From Hypanus sabinus (taxonomy: Eukaryota): a DNA stretch of 64,000 bases. The position numbers were made by a program, and so were the translations under genes. Below, one piece after another: positions 36,385 through 50,546 of the stretch (positions are counted from its first letter, which is position 1; the number at the start of each line of letters is the position of its first letter). Location: positions 89,838,001 to 89,902,000 of the forward strand of contig NC_082712.1 in assembly GCF_030144855.1 (NCBI RefSeq), given 5' to 3'. The notes under the pieces were generated by a model that worked only from the letters and a program-made list of their open reading frames with translations, was not told the origin of the DNA and ran no database searches.

Positions 36385-38808
36385 GAGAGTAATGAATTAG
36401 AAGTATTATATATGAATGCATGAAGTATAAGGAATAAAGTAGATGAGCTTGTGGCTCAGTTGGAAATTGGCAAGTACGATGTTGTGGGAATAACAGAGAC
36501 ATGGCCTCAAGCGGACAGGGCCTGAGAAATGAATATTCAACGATATAAAACTTATTGAAAGGACAAACTGACAGGCAGAGGGGGTGGGGTAGCTCTGATG
36601 GTGAGGAATGATATTCAGTCCCTTGCAAGGGGGGACATAGAATCAGGGGATGTAGAGTCAGTATGGATAGAACTGAGAAATTCTAAGGGCAGAAAGACCC
36701 TAATGGGAGTTACCGACAGGCCCCCAAACAGTAGTCTGGATGTAGGGTGTAAGTTGAATGAAGAGTTAAAATTGGCATGTCACAAAGGCATGTCAAAATG
36801 TCACAAACTGTATCCCCCATGATACAGTTGTCATGGGGGATTTCAACATGCCAGTAGACTGGGAGAATCAGGATGGTACTGGACCCCAAGAAAGGGAGTT
36901 TGTGGAGTGCCTCCGAGATGGATTCTTAGAATAACTTGTACTGGAGCCTACCAGGGAGAAGGCAATTCTAGATTTAGTGTTGTGCAATGAACCGGATTTG
37001 ATCAGGGACCTCGAGTTAAAAGAGCCTTTAGGAGGTAGTGACCAGTATATGTTATATTTTAATCTACAATTTGAGAAGGAGAAGGGAAAATTGGATGTGT
37101 TAGTATTACAGTTGAACAAAGGGAACTATGGAGCTATGAGGGAGGAGCTGGCCAAAGTTCAATGGAACAATACCCTAACAGGAAAGACAGTGGAACAACA
37201 ATGGCAGGTATTTCTGGGAATAATGCAGAAGGTGCAGGATCGGTTCATTACAAAGAGGAAGAAAGACCCTAAGGGGAGTAAGGGGCAGCCGTGGCTGATG
37301 AGGGAAGTAAAGGACAGTATAAAAATAAAATAGAAGTATATCATAGCAAAGATGAGTGTGAAGCTGGAGGACTGGGAAGCTTTTAAAGAGCAACAGAAAA
37401 TAACAAAAAAGACAATACGCTGAGAAAAAAATGAGGTACGAAGGTAAACTAACCAAGAATATAAAGGAGAACAGTAAAAGCTTCTTTAGGTATGTGAAAA
37501 GAAAAAAAATAGTTAAGACCAAAATTGAGCCACTGAAGACAGAAACAGGTGGATTTATTATGGGGAACAAGGAAATGGCAGATGAGTTGAACAGGTACTT
37601 TGGATCTGTCTTTGCTAGGGAAGACGCAAACAATCTCCCAGATGTAATAGTGGCCAAAGGAACTAGGGTAAAGGATGAACTGAAGGAAATTTATATTAGG
37701 CAAGAAATGGTGTTGAATAGACTGTTGGGTCTGAAGGCTGATAAGTCCCTGGGACCTGATGGTCTGCATCCCAGGGTACTTAAGGAGGTGGCTCTAGAAA
37801 TCGTGGATGCATTGGTAATCATTTTCCAAAGTTCTATAGATTCAGGATCAGTTCCTGCGGATTGGAGGGTGGGCAATGTTATCCCACTTTTCAAGAAAGG
37901 AGGGAGAGAGAAAACAGAATTATAGACTGGTTAGCCTGCTGTCAGTGGTGGGAAAGATCCTGGAGTCAATTATAAAAGAGGAAATTATGACACATTTGGA
38001 TAGCAGTAGAAGGATCAGTCCGAGTCATCCTGGACCTACAAAGCGAAAATCATGCTTGACTAATCTTCTGGAGTTTTTGAGGATGTAACTCTGAAAATGG
38101 ACACGGGAGAGCCAGTGGAGGTAGTGTACCTGGATTTTCAGAACACCTTTGATAAAGTCCCACATAGGAGATTAGTGGGCAAAATCAGGGCACATGGTAT
38201 TGGGGGCAAAGTACTGGCATGGATTGAAAATTGGCTGGCTGACAGGAAACAAAGAGTAGCAATTAACAGGTCCCTTTCGGAATGGCAGGCTGTGACCAGT
38301 GGGGTACCGCAAGGTTTGGTGCTGGGACCACAGCTGTTTACAATATACTTTAATGATTTGGATGAAGGGATTAAAAGTAACATTAGCAAATTTGCTGATG
38401 GCACAAAGCTGGGTGGCAGTGTGAAATGTCAGGAGGATGTTATGAGAATGCAGATGAGTTTTACAGGCTAGGTGAGTGGGCGAATGTGTGGCAGATGCAG
38501 TTTAATGTGGATAAATGTGAGGATATCCACTTTGGTGGCAAGAACAGGAAGGCAGATTACTTCTAAATGGAGTCAAGTTAGGAAAAGGGGAAGCACAATG
38601 AGATCTAGGTGTTTTTGGACATCAGTCAATGAAAGCAAACATGCAATTACAGAAGGCAGTGAAGAAAGCTAATGACATGCTGGCTTTTACAATGAGGAAT
38701 TGAGTATAGGAGTAAAGAGGTCCTTCTGCAGCTGTACAGGGCCCTGGTGAGACCCCACCTGGATTATTGTATGCAGTTCAGGTCTCCAGCTTTGAGGAAG
38801 GACAAAGT
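36385..38808 (+). mobile_element. CR1 LINE ORF2, duplicate of 23150-25558
   Basis: Near-identical sequence with the same 3' truncation point. Confidence 0.92.
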
Positions 38809-40573
38809 CTTTTTTAGCTCCTCTTACTTGTCCATTTTCTGTTCTTGTAATATTAAATGAGATGATTATTTGCATGATTTACGCCTGATTCTTGACTTCT
38901 GAAGAACCTTTGGACTCAAAGCATCAGGATCCAACTTGCTGCTCAGTGTCCACTTTATTTTGCAGCTTCTGTACCAAATAATGTGGTGACCGAGTGTACA
39001 TCCATGGTCTTCTGCTGTTGTAGCCCATCCACTTCACGGTTCAATGTGTTGTGCATCCAGAGGTGCTCTTCTGCACACCAGTGTTGAAAAGCCTGTTGTG
39101 AATGCCCTCCTGACAACTTGAACCAGTCTGGCCATTCTCCTCTGAAGTTTAACGACTGTTTTGCGTAAAAATCCCAGGATATCCGCAGCTTCTAAGATTC
39201 TCACACTTCCTCTTCTGGAACCACAATCATTCTGCAGTCAAATTTCTTCCACATTCTGATGTTCCACTGAACCTCTTGACCATGTCTGCATTGAGTTGCA
39301 GCCACATCATTAGCTAATTATATATATGGATTGACAAGCAGGTGTACTTAATAAAGTGGCTTCAGAGTGCATACGAATGATCTGAATGTGGATGTGGAAG
39401 GCATGACCAGTAAGTTTTCAGATGACAAAAAGATGTGTGGAGATGTTGGCAGTGTGGAGGGAAGTGTTAGCTATGGGGAATGTTTTGATGAAATAGTCTG
39501 AGAAATCTCCATAGATTCTGTTGATGTGCTGAGTTCCTGCAGCATCTGAAGAATCTTGTGTTTATAATTTGCTGAACCACTGCAATGTCTCTTAGGGGTA
39601 TGCCAACTCTGGAGAAGTTTAATCATCTCTCCCACAGGGGCCTCTCCCACTGCTCCCCATCTGTTGTTTCTGCTGCTCTCCGATTCCTCAACCAAAACCA
39701 CACCCAGACACAGCCATCTGTCAGCTTGTACTCCTTTCCCGCCACTCCTCACCTTCTCATTCTGGCTTCTTCCCCATTAATTTCCAGTCCTGAAGAAGGG
39801 TCTCTGTCCAAAACAACGGCTATTTATTCTCCTCCATAGATGCTGCCTGACCTGCTGAGTTCCTCCTGCATTTTGTGTGTGTTACTCTGGATTTTCTGCA
39901 TCTGCAGAATCTGTTGCATTTGGCAAGTGGCTGGTGGGGTTCAGTCTGGATCCATGTGAGACAATGTGTTTTGGCAGTATCCATCAGAATAGGACACATG
40001 GTGTCAATGGTAGGAAAATATTAAGTATTGTCAAACAGTGGGAAGGATGTGGTACTGCTGGAGATGGTGGAGATGTTCAGAGGATGTAATCTGGGATGGA
40101 GCTGTAATGATAGGAGAGAATAGGTCAATTGTCCCTGGAGTTGAGGAGGTTTCAAAGGGACATATGTATAACGTCTTTAAAACTACAAGGGGTATCGACT
40201 GCAGGGCACTCATAAACAAGTAAAACTTGAAATCACAATAGTAGGGTGATTGGGTGGAGGTGATGGGGGAGGGGGAAGCAGAGAGTGGTGAGCACCTGCA
40301 GCACTTTGCCTGAAAAAGCCGAGTCAGTGACAGCATCTAGGAAGCGTCTGGACGAGTACCCGAACTACCCAGGGACAAAAGGTGAGCAGCCAAGGGTCGG
40401 GAGGCAGGGTTCATGTGGATAAGAGTCAGAATGGACATAATAGGTTGAAGAGATTGCTTCCTAATAGTATGAAAACATGAAGTTGCTTCAATAAATCATC
40501 AGAAAATACACTGAACCATGAAATCAAAGAACCTTTAGACGAGCAGAGGTCAGTGTAAGGATTCAGGACTCAC

Positions 40574-40948
40574 CTCTCACTGACAGAAATGTCCCTGAGA
40601 TGCTTTGCCATCCAATCGGTTTATCACTATCATTGAAACATGTCACAAGGCAGAAATAGAAATTGGAGTCATTTGCTTTCAATGCAACTAAGCGGATGGA
40701 GCCCGTCTTGTTTCGCAGTGGGGAGCCCAGGAACTCGATCCGGCCTTGGTATTCCCCGAATGTGTTGTTTTGTGAAGAATCGAATATCTTTGTACCATGA
40801 AAGCCACCAACTTTCCAAGTGATATGAATGTCTCGGGGTGTATAAGTGTCCGGGTAAGTGAAGGAACAGGGGAGAATGACGGACCCATTCTCTGCAGCCT
40901 CCAGGTACCCCATCTGCTTCACCCGGAACCCACGGTCACCGGTCCGTG
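40574..40948 (-). CDS. Gene 3 Ig V-set D2 exon (YFCLV instead of YFCRV)
   Basis: 375 bp, intact AG/GT and open frame. Confidence 0.9.
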
Positions 40949-42088
40949 CTGAGGGAAAAGACAGCAAACGATCATTCGGGAGCCTCCTATCACGTTTCAT
41001 TCGGCAGAAAATCATCCCTTTACACTCTCAGCAACAGACAAGTCCTTGCGCTCTGCTTAATAAACGAAACTCCAGACTAAATCCATCCCCTTACAAATCC
41101 ATCAAATGCATACTTAGAAAGTCTCCATTCCTAACTGCTAGCAGCTTCCACTCTCCAAGCTCGTGACCAACAACGGGGAATTAGGCAAACCAGACATTGA
41201 ATCCGGAGACCCCTAGATTACATGTCAGCATCAAACTCACTTCTGGGATCCTGCCATTCTCAACAGAGACGGTTTAAACCCTTGTATTAGATCACAACGT
41301 GTAACCCATAGATGGGGATTTGTTATTCTATGCATAATCCCGAGCTCCAAACAATCTGTCACAGCCTGTAACTCTCTCTGGGCATATATTTCTGAATGTA
41401 AACCCTCTGAACCCGCGATTGCAGTCCAGTCTGCAACTCACTCCCGGGTGTCTGTGTGTTGTTAGATAAACAATCTGAACACCAGATTAGATTCTACTCC
41501 ATACCCAACTCACGGTTAGTTGTTATTCTCTATATTAAACCCCCAAATTGTTTACAGAGATCACAGCGTCTAACTCACGTGCGGGAATCTGTATTTAACA
41601 GCATAAACTCAATGATCCCGTCGATAAGATTCCACTCAATACTAACTCTCTGGGGTCTCTTGCATAGAAACACCCGAACCCCTGGATTAGATCCCCATCT
41701 GCATCTCACAGCTAAGTATCACTTAATCGATAAATAAACCCACGGAGCGCCTGAGTTACATCCACTTCAGTAATTGAATTCAAGGGGTCTGTTAGCCAAC
41801 ATAATTACAGTATGCTCGCCCCGACTCCCCTCTCACTACGGACTGTCAGGAATTGCTAGATGTGTGTGTGTACCTGCCTGTGTGTGTCTGTGAGACTTCC
41901 GCGGATTCATCTGCTTCGTCTGTCTGTCTAATTCCTTATTCGGCACGGAGACAAATAAATTCCGTAAACCCCGTAGCTTCCTCTATTTACCACTCGTTGT
42001 TCCCTCACCTGCAACACCCCAACCCCAGACAACAGATCCAGCCGCATCCAACTCCACGCTCTCTGTAGACAGAAGAAGGGGTTCTCAC

Positions 42089-42445
42089 CTTGAACTGACA
42101 GGACGGTCCCAGGACCTGTGTACTCTTCCCCCAAGATCACCACAATGCAGAAGTACATGTTGGTGTCCCTTTCTTCGACCCGGTGTAAGCGGATGGAGCC
42201 CGTCTTGTCTCTGAGTGGCGAACCCAGGAAATTGATCCGGCCTCCGAAAACGTTGAGTGTATAGTTATCCAGGTATCTGAATATATCTGTCTTGTGGTTC
42301 TTACGAACTTTCCACCTGATGTCAATGTCTCGGAGTGAGGAGATTTCCGGGTGCGTAAAGGTGCAGGTGAGAGTGACAGACTCGTCCACTACAGCCTCGA
42401 TGTATTTCGGCTGCTCCACTCGGAAGCCACTTCCGCTGCTCCATG
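42089..42445 (-). CDS. Gene 3 Ig V-set D1 exon
   Basis: 357 bp, intact AG/GT; canonical Cys/Trp/Cys. Confidence 0.9.
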
Positions 42446-43673
42446 CTGAGGGAGACGGAGGGAGCAAATGGTCATTTGGGAACCTCCGACCACATCTCAC
42501 CCTGCGGATAATCAGCCCGGAATTCTCTCAGCGCCGGGCAAGTCCCTGCCCTCTGATTGACAGACCGAACTCCGGAATAATTCTTTCTCCTCTCCAACCC
42601 ATTAAATCCAAATGGCAACAGACCCGCACTACCAACCACCAGCACCCTGACCCGGCGTGGATAACTTCACTCACTGCATCTGTGAACTCACTCTTCCACC
42701 TGCACACTCACTCTCAAGAGCTCTTTACAAATCTAGTTGTCAGTATAATTTCTGTTTACAGAATTTCACTTGCTTTGTGTATTGGTTGTCAGTCTTTGCT
42801 TATGTGCAGATTATTATAAATTCTGTTGTATTTCATTAGTGTCCTGAAATGTCTGGAAGAAAATGATTCTGAAATTACGTGACATTTACCGGCATCGATA
42901 ATAAATTTTACGTTTATCTTTCATACTCCAAGCCTATGACCTCCACTGGGGAATCAGGCAAAACAGGTATAAACTCCTGGAACCCAGGGGTTAGCTTTCA
43001 GAATCTACACACTTTGAGAATATTATTGACCGTATAAACGCCTTTAACTCTCGCAATACCATGTGCGTGTAATTCTGCGTGTGTAGATTCCAGCCTGCCA
43101 CTAACCATTCGGATCTGTTATTCATTAAAGCATTTTACTGGATTCCGACCTGTAACTATCCCCGGGAATCCGCTACGGACTAAAGCCCGAATTTCGTACT
43201 GCCGCCATTTGAGCTCTCCCTGCCCGTTCTGTCCTTGCCCTCTCTCCGATCAGCCATACAAGCGGCCACGAATCCTCTCCTTCCAAAAAAAAAACCCTCC
43301 ATCTCAGCAACCCTCCAGCTTTAACCCCGGCTTTAGCAACAGGCCTTTGCCCGGACCTCCTGTTCCTCATTTCTACTCTTCATACCCGTTAGCGGGTGGG
43401 AAACACTTCGAGTTGTTCCTCATCTCCGGTGATGTTGCTATTCAAATGCAGGCACTTGTTCCTCCAAACCGGGAAGGCATCGCACGGACTAACACTCCCT
43501 CTTTGAAATGGAGAGCTGAAACAGGAGGGAGGCTTCACGAAAGAGGGCCGAGGGTTCTGCGCCGGAAAAGTTGTTCTGGAGGACGTTAAGAGTGGTTTTG
43601 CTGATATGGGGGGGGGGGGGGGGTGTGAGAAATGGGGATAGAGGTGGTACGTGATGAAGCTGGGTCTACTCAC

Positions 43674-43716
43674 CCACTGTCAACTGTAGTAACACCGGAC
43701 AGAGCGAAACGTCCAT
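43674..43716 (-). CDS. Gene 3 signal-peptide exon (MDVSLCPVLLQLTV)
   Basis: 43 bp; Kozak context and donor intact; Leu->Pro in the hydrophobic core. Confidence 0.82.
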
Positions 43717-44679
43717 GGCGTCTCCCCACCAACACTTCCTCTCTGGACCTGACCACGTCCGTCGGTAACACTGACTGTGACTCACGACTGCCCTGTGCTT
43801 CTGCTTTCTTCAGTCCCCCGACTCCGCCTTCAGCTCTTGGGTTCCATCACCCCTCGGGTCATTTCCCTTGCTCCTGCCCCACCCGCTGGTCACTACACGT
43901 CGGTCGGCTTGTGCGTCCAAAGTGGGGAGTGAGGTGAATTCTCCCTGCGGTGAGGTAGAGTTGGTGAAGGGAGAGTCAGTGAACCGGGAAATCATCACCA
44001 CAAACGTGTGAGGCGCAGGTTGGAGCAGGAGGCGAGAGTTGTGAAAAGTGTTGCGTCTCGACGCGCATTGCACAGTTCATGTGTTCTGAATCAACGAAAG
44101 AGACACTTTTTGCAAATTGTTGGGAGAAAATTGATTGGTTACTTAGATAATTGGCAGAAGCCGGTATATATAATTTAGGAGCCTGCAAACAGCCATTGAT
44201 TCTTGCCAAACAATCGCTTAACATGAGGATATTAATGTAGAGGTGCCTTTGCGTGAGAGGGAGATGAAATCTAGAATTAAACAGACCGTTGGATCACTGC
44301 GGCAACCAGGTTGGGACAAAGAAAACGAAGGACCGCATTGATATGAAATTCAGAAGATGGTGGGAATTCAAGTGGGAGGTTGGTATAAAAGGATTGAAAA
44401 GTTATACTGACAAGTTTTTGTATTGGGCGTGCTCTTAACTAGTTTATTTATTGAGTTACAGCGCGGAATAGGCCTTTACAGTCCTTCGAGATGCGCCACT
44501 CAACTGAACCCTAGCCTAATCACCAACGATTAACAATGACCAATTAACTCACCAACCAGTCCGTCTTCGGACTGTGGGAGGAAAAGGGAACACCTAGAGG
44601 CAACCCACTGGGTCGCAGGGTGAATGTCCAAAATCATTACAGACATCAACCTCAGTATCAAGTATATTAATTCTGTTTG

Positions 44680-47600
44680 AAACCATTATGGGAAGCTCTA
44701 AATAGTAGCCAAGATGTGGTGCTGAGATTGCAAAGGAAGCTGGAAAGGGCATGTAATAAGCGCAATTTCAGAATTGTAACGGAGAACTTCAATACTCAAC
44801 GGGATTTGGAAAACCAGTTTGGTGTCGGTTCGCAAAAGAGGGAATTTGTTGAATGCCTACGAGATGTTTTTTTAGAGCAGTTTCTGTTCTAGCCTACTTG
44901 GGGAAAGGCTATCTTGGATTGAATGTTGTGTAATAAGCCGGATCTCATCAGTCCGCTTAAAGTAAAGGATCCCCGAGGAGGCAGCGATCATACCGCAACT
45001 TGAGAGGGAGATGCCTAAGACCCGTGTATAAGTATCGCGCTGGAATAAAAGAAACTACAGAGGCCTGAGAGAGCTGCTTTCCCAGGTGGATCGAAGGGGG
45101 ATACTGGCGGAGTTGACAGCAGAACAAGGGTGGTTGAAGTTTGTGGGAATAGTTCACAAAGCCCAGGATGGATATGTCCCACAGAAGAAGTAATTCTCAA
45201 ATGGCAGGGCGAGGCAACAGTGGCTGGCAAGCGAAGTTAAGGGCTACATAAAACCCAAGGAAAAGCTATATACGGTAGCAGAAGTGAGTGGGAAGTTGGA
45301 TGATTGGGAAGCTTTAACATCCAACAAAAGGCAACAAAAAAGCTTTTCGAAGGGAGAAGCTTAAATATGAGGGCAAACATGCCCATAATATAAAGCAGGA
45401 TACGAAAAGATATTTTTAGTTATATCAAGAGTAAAAGAGATATGAGAGTATTGGACCTCTGGAAAGTGATGCTGGTGAACTACTAATGGGGAACAAAGAA
45501 ATGGCAGGTAAAGTAAATGGGTACTTTTCATCAGTCTTCATTGTGAAGACACTAGCAGTGTTCCAGAGGCCTGTGAGAGTCAAGAGGCAGGAGTGACTGC
45601 CATTGCTATTACAAAGAATCAAAGGGGAAAAGTGCTAACTAAACTCAAATGTCTTAAGGTGGATTAGCCACCTTGGGAGATGGGCTACACCCCAGGGTAA
45701 TGTGAGAGGTTGCTGCAGAGATGGTGAATGCATTGGTCATGATTTTTCAAGAATCACTTCATTCTGGCATGGTCCCAGAGGACTGTATAATTGCAAATGT
45801 AACTCCATTCTTTCAGAAGGAAGGATGACAAAAGAGACGAAATGATTAGGCCAGTTACTCTAACTTCAATGGTTGGGAAAGTGTTTGCATCCATTATTAA
45901 TGACGAGGTTTTGGGGTTCTTGGAGAGCAATGATACAATAAGTCGAAGTCAGCATGGCTTCTGCTAAGGGAAATATTACCAAGCATACCTGTTAGAATTA
46001 TTTGAGGAAGTAACAAGCAGGGTGGACAAAGGAGAGGCAGTGAATGGCATCTGCTTAGATGTCTACAAGGCTTTTGATTAAGTGCCTCACATGAGGCTGC
46101 TTAATAAGATAAACTACAGTGTTACAGGAAAGATATTGGCTTCAATAGACTAATGGCTGACAGGGAGGATGCAGTGAGTGGAGATAATGGAGGCATTTTC
46201 TCATTGGCTGCCAGTGACTAGTGGTGTTCCTCAGGCATCTGTATTTGGACATGTACTTTTCAAATTGTTTATCAATTATTTAGATAGTAATTTGATGGCT
46301 TTCTAGAAAAGTTTGTGGGTGATTCCAGGGGTAGGTAGTGCTGAGAAAACAAAGCAATTGCAATAGGGCTTAGAAAAATCGGAAGAATGAGCAAAAAATT
46401 GGCAGATGGAATTTGGTGTTGGGAAAGGTACGATAATGCATTTTGGGAAATGGAATAATATTGCAGACTATTATCTAATTGGGAAGGAATCATCAGAGGT
46501 ACAAAAGGACTTGGAAGTCCTCCTGCAAGATTCCCAGAAATTTAATTCTGTGGTCAAAACGACAAATGCAATGTTGCCATTCATTTAAAGGGAAATATAA
46601 TATAAAACAAGCAGATAATACTGAAGCTTTAAAAGACACTAGTCAGGCCTCACTTGGAGTATTGTCAACAGTTTTGGGCCCCTTATCTCAGAAAAAGTGT
46701 AGTTTCAGTGGAGAGGTTCACAAGGATGATTCCAGCATAAAAGGAATTAAAGCAGGAGGAGGGTTTGGCAGCTTTGGGCCTGTACACACTGGAATTTTGT
46801 AGAATGTATGGGAACCTCATTGAAACCTACTGAATGTTGACAGTACTCGATAAATTGAATCTGGAGTTGATGTGCCCTCTCGTGAGGGTGTTTGGAACTA
46901 GAGGGTACAGCCTTATCATTGAATAGCAACTTATAACAACAGAAGTAAGGAAGAATACTCTTCAGCCAAAGAATGTTGAATCTGTGGAATGCTCTGCCAA
47001 AGACTGTGATAGAGACTATGTCCATGGGTACACTTAAAGCAGAAGTGATAGATATATAGTGAGATATCGTGAGATATTGTGAGATATATCTTGAGAGAGC
47101 ACGTTATGGAGTTGAAAGGGATCTGGATCAGCCAGGATGAAATGGCAGAGTGGAGTCAGTAGTCTGACTGGCCTAACTAGACTCCTATATCTTATGATTG
47201 TACGATACTAGCATCTGTACAAAGTTCACTGATCAAGAATTCGTGCTATATATGTTGTTTGAATGCAATTCCTAAAAGGAGGGAAGGAAACTTCAAATTG
47301 CTAAATTGAAATCCTTGGGACAGAGGAGATTAAGCTGGACATTTTATTAGGTTATGACTCCTATTGTAATGTGCATAGTTATGTGCATTTTACTTTCTGA
47401 AGAGCATTAGACTTCTTGATATTACCTGACATATTCTGGGGGGGGGAGGTATGGTGGATTTCGTGATTATACTTCCTGTCTCTTTGGTTTACACTCCCAT
47501 TCAGCAGGTGGCAGTAATGGGCTTTATTTTATACCGCCATCAAACTTTACAGGATGAAGTAGAAGAATACGAAGAATGAACATTCGGGGAGTATGGAAAA

Positions 47601-49040
47601 CACTGCCAGTACGCTGGAAGTTCAAGAGTTTCAGGACCAGTTGTGAGTGAGTTTGCCTTTACAAGGGAGTCGTTTCTCAGGAAACTGAAAGTTCTGAAGT
47701 GAGATAAGTCAACTGGACCAGATAATCTTCACCCCAGTGTTCTGAAACAGGTGGCTGAAGAGATTATTGAGGCTTAGTAATGATCTTAAAGAATGAATGG
47801 ACTCTGGCAAGGTTCCAGTGGCCTGGGAAATTGCAAATATCACTTTACTTCTTGAAGGGAGAACGACAAGAGAAAGAAAATGATTGGCAAGTTAGTCTGA
47901 CTTCAGTGATTGTGCAGATGTTGGGGTCAATTATTGATGATGTGGTTTCAAGGAATTTGATGGCACATGATGCAGTAGGCCAAAGTTATCATGGTTTTAC
48001 TTCAGAGTAAATCTAGCTTGTTTGAATTCTTTGGGAAAACAGTAAGCACAATAAACAAAGGAGAATCAATGGATGTTGTGTAATTAGATTTTCAGAAGGC
48101 CTTTGACAAGGTGCCATACATGAGGCCGCTTAACAATTTAAGAGCTGATGATATTACAGGAAAGAAACTAGCATGGATAAAGCATTGGCTGATGGGACGA
48201 AGGCAAACATTGGGAATAAAATGAGCCTTTAAGTTGGCTACGTGGAGACGAATGGTTTTCCATGGGGATCTGTGTTGGGACGACGACTTTTTACGTTGAA
48301 CATCAATGATTTGGATGACTGAATTGATGACTTTGTGACAAAGTTTGCAGTTGCTACGAAGATAGGTGGAGGGGCAGGCAGCTTTGAGGCAGCAGAGAAG
48401 CTAAGTCATTTTAGACAGACTAGGAGAATGGGCAAAGTAGTGGCAGATAGAATATGGTGTCAGGAAGTGTACAGTCATGCACTTTGGTAGTTGAAATAAA
48501 AGCAGACACTAGTTTTAACTGATGAGAAAATTCAAAGATCGGAGCAGCAAAGAGACTGGGAATCCTCGTGCAGGGTTCCCTAAAGCAGGGTTTGCACTTC
48601 CATCTGTGATGAGAGAGGCAAATGCGATGATAGCATTGTTGCAAGGACAAAGCTGAGGATGAACCCTGGATAACTGCAGGACACGGGCACGGAGGCAGAG
48701 TCGTGAGACGTTAGCACTGTCATGAACAGGGAACCACTATCCAGGAGAGTCTTTACACGGAGAGAAGGTTTACATAGAGTACTCAGTGAATGACAGTCCC
48801 AAGGAATCAGGGAAGGAGGGTTACTCACTCTGGAGTTGACCAACGAACTGGCAAAGCGTGGCTATGAAGCCCGAATTTTATCCTATGTTCGCTAATGGGA
48901 ACCAGGTGTGCTGTAATTAGTGGAACTGGCAATGCTTGGAAATCAGACAAGGGGTCTAAAGCCCAATTAAGGAGGTAATAGCAAGATGGGGAATTGCCAG
49001 ATGGGACCATGACAAGCATCTTTTTGAGAATAGAAAAGGA
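44680..49040 (+). mobile_element. Two decayed CR1 LINE segments (about 44680-47190 and 47650-49040)
   Basis: Endonuclease/RT remnants throughout with many stops; the second is interrupted by a solo LTR. Confidence 0.78.
48637..49014. mobile_element. Solo LTR (378 bp)
   Basis: TGTTGCA...CCATGACA termini; perfect 5-bp TSD agcat (48632-48636, 49015-49019); CR1 sequence resumes across it. Confidence 0.85.
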
Positions 49041-50546
49041 AGGATGCAATATTGAGGATTAATGTTAAAGAACTTCATGTGTGCACAGATACAATGAAAA
49101 ACTGTCTGGAAGCCACATCACACACACATAGCGTCAGATAAGCAGCATGTACAAGCAAAATATTTCTTATACACAAATTGTATGCAACTTGTTAGAAAGT
49201 GAACCTATTTCAGTGCAGTCACAGCTGTCAAAATGTCGCTGAGTGCTCGTGATGAGGGTTGTGCCGATTGGTTCATGAACCTAATAGTTGAATGGAAGTA
49301 GTTCTTCTTTGACTCAATGATATGGAATCTTTGGCTTCAGTATCTCCTATCTCTGGGCAGTTTCCATGCCCTGGATGCTCTAGATATTCAATGATCGATG
49401 TTGCATTCTTGAAGAGGCCCCTCCTGTAGACTTTACCGACGGTGCAGAGGGATGTGACTGTGATGTACAGTGTGACATTGCATGATAGACAGGTGGGGGA
49501 AGCTGGCAGGTGAAAGGTGAAGCTACCTGGGTGGAAAATGTAACGGGCTGGAGAGGTAGTAATCTGATAAGAGAGGAGAATGGACCATGGGAGAAGGGGA
49601 AGAAGGAGGGGCCTGGGTGGAATTGATAGGCAGGTGAGTAGAAGGAGTAGGAGGCCACAGTGGGGAATAGAAGAGGGGAAAGGGAAAGAAAGAAATTACC
49701 ACATGGAGAAATTGTTCTCCATTCCATCAGTTTAGAAACTACCTGGACGGAAAATGAGAGATTGCTCCTCCATCCTGAGTATAGCTTCATCGTAGCAAAT
49801 GTGGAGACAATTGTGAGGGAAATGGGGATAGGAATTAAAATGGTTAACCACAGATGGAGTGGAGTTGCTGGTGAAAATGGTCAGCAAATTTACCCCCAGT
49901 CTCACCACGATGTAGATGAAGTGGCATAAAGTAGAAGAGCCCAGCAGATTTGCAGATGAAATGTGTCCTCAACTGTGAGAACTATTTGGGGCCCTGACTT
50001 GAGGTTAGAGAGGAAGTTGACTTGGCAGATGTAGCATTTCTTTCACTTGCAAGGTATGAGCCAGGTGGACAGGAGGGAGGTTAATTGGGAGGGGTGAATA
50101 GACAGGAGATCATAGAGGGGGTGAGCCCGGCGAAGTGTGGAGATTGAGGCTGCGGAGATAAAGATTGAGGCTGAAGAAACATAATAGCACTTTCACATGA
50201 GACCAGGTGTTGAGAGGTATACTCCAAACCAATGGCAAGAACATCAGTTTCTCCTGCCAGTATTTTCCCTCTATTCCTTACTTTGGCCTCTTACCCCGTG
50301 TCGTAACTAGTCCAATCAACTCCCTCTGGTGCACCCCTTCTTCCCTATCCCTCATGATCCACACTCCTCTCCTATATCAGATTCCTTGTTCTCCAGCCCT
50401 ATTAGTTTCGTACCCTCCTGGCCTCAACTATCACCTTCTAACTAGTCCTATTTCCCATTTCCCACCTTTTAATTCCGGTGTCATCCCCTTATTCCCCAGT
50501 GCAGAAGAAGTGTTTCAGCCTGAAATAGTAACCGTGTATTCATTTC

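Noticed and set aside
23150-38808. Active CR1 elements
   Set aside because: Multiple stops and frameshifts, no ORF1 and a truncated 3' end; the two copies result from segmental duplication, not retrotransposition.
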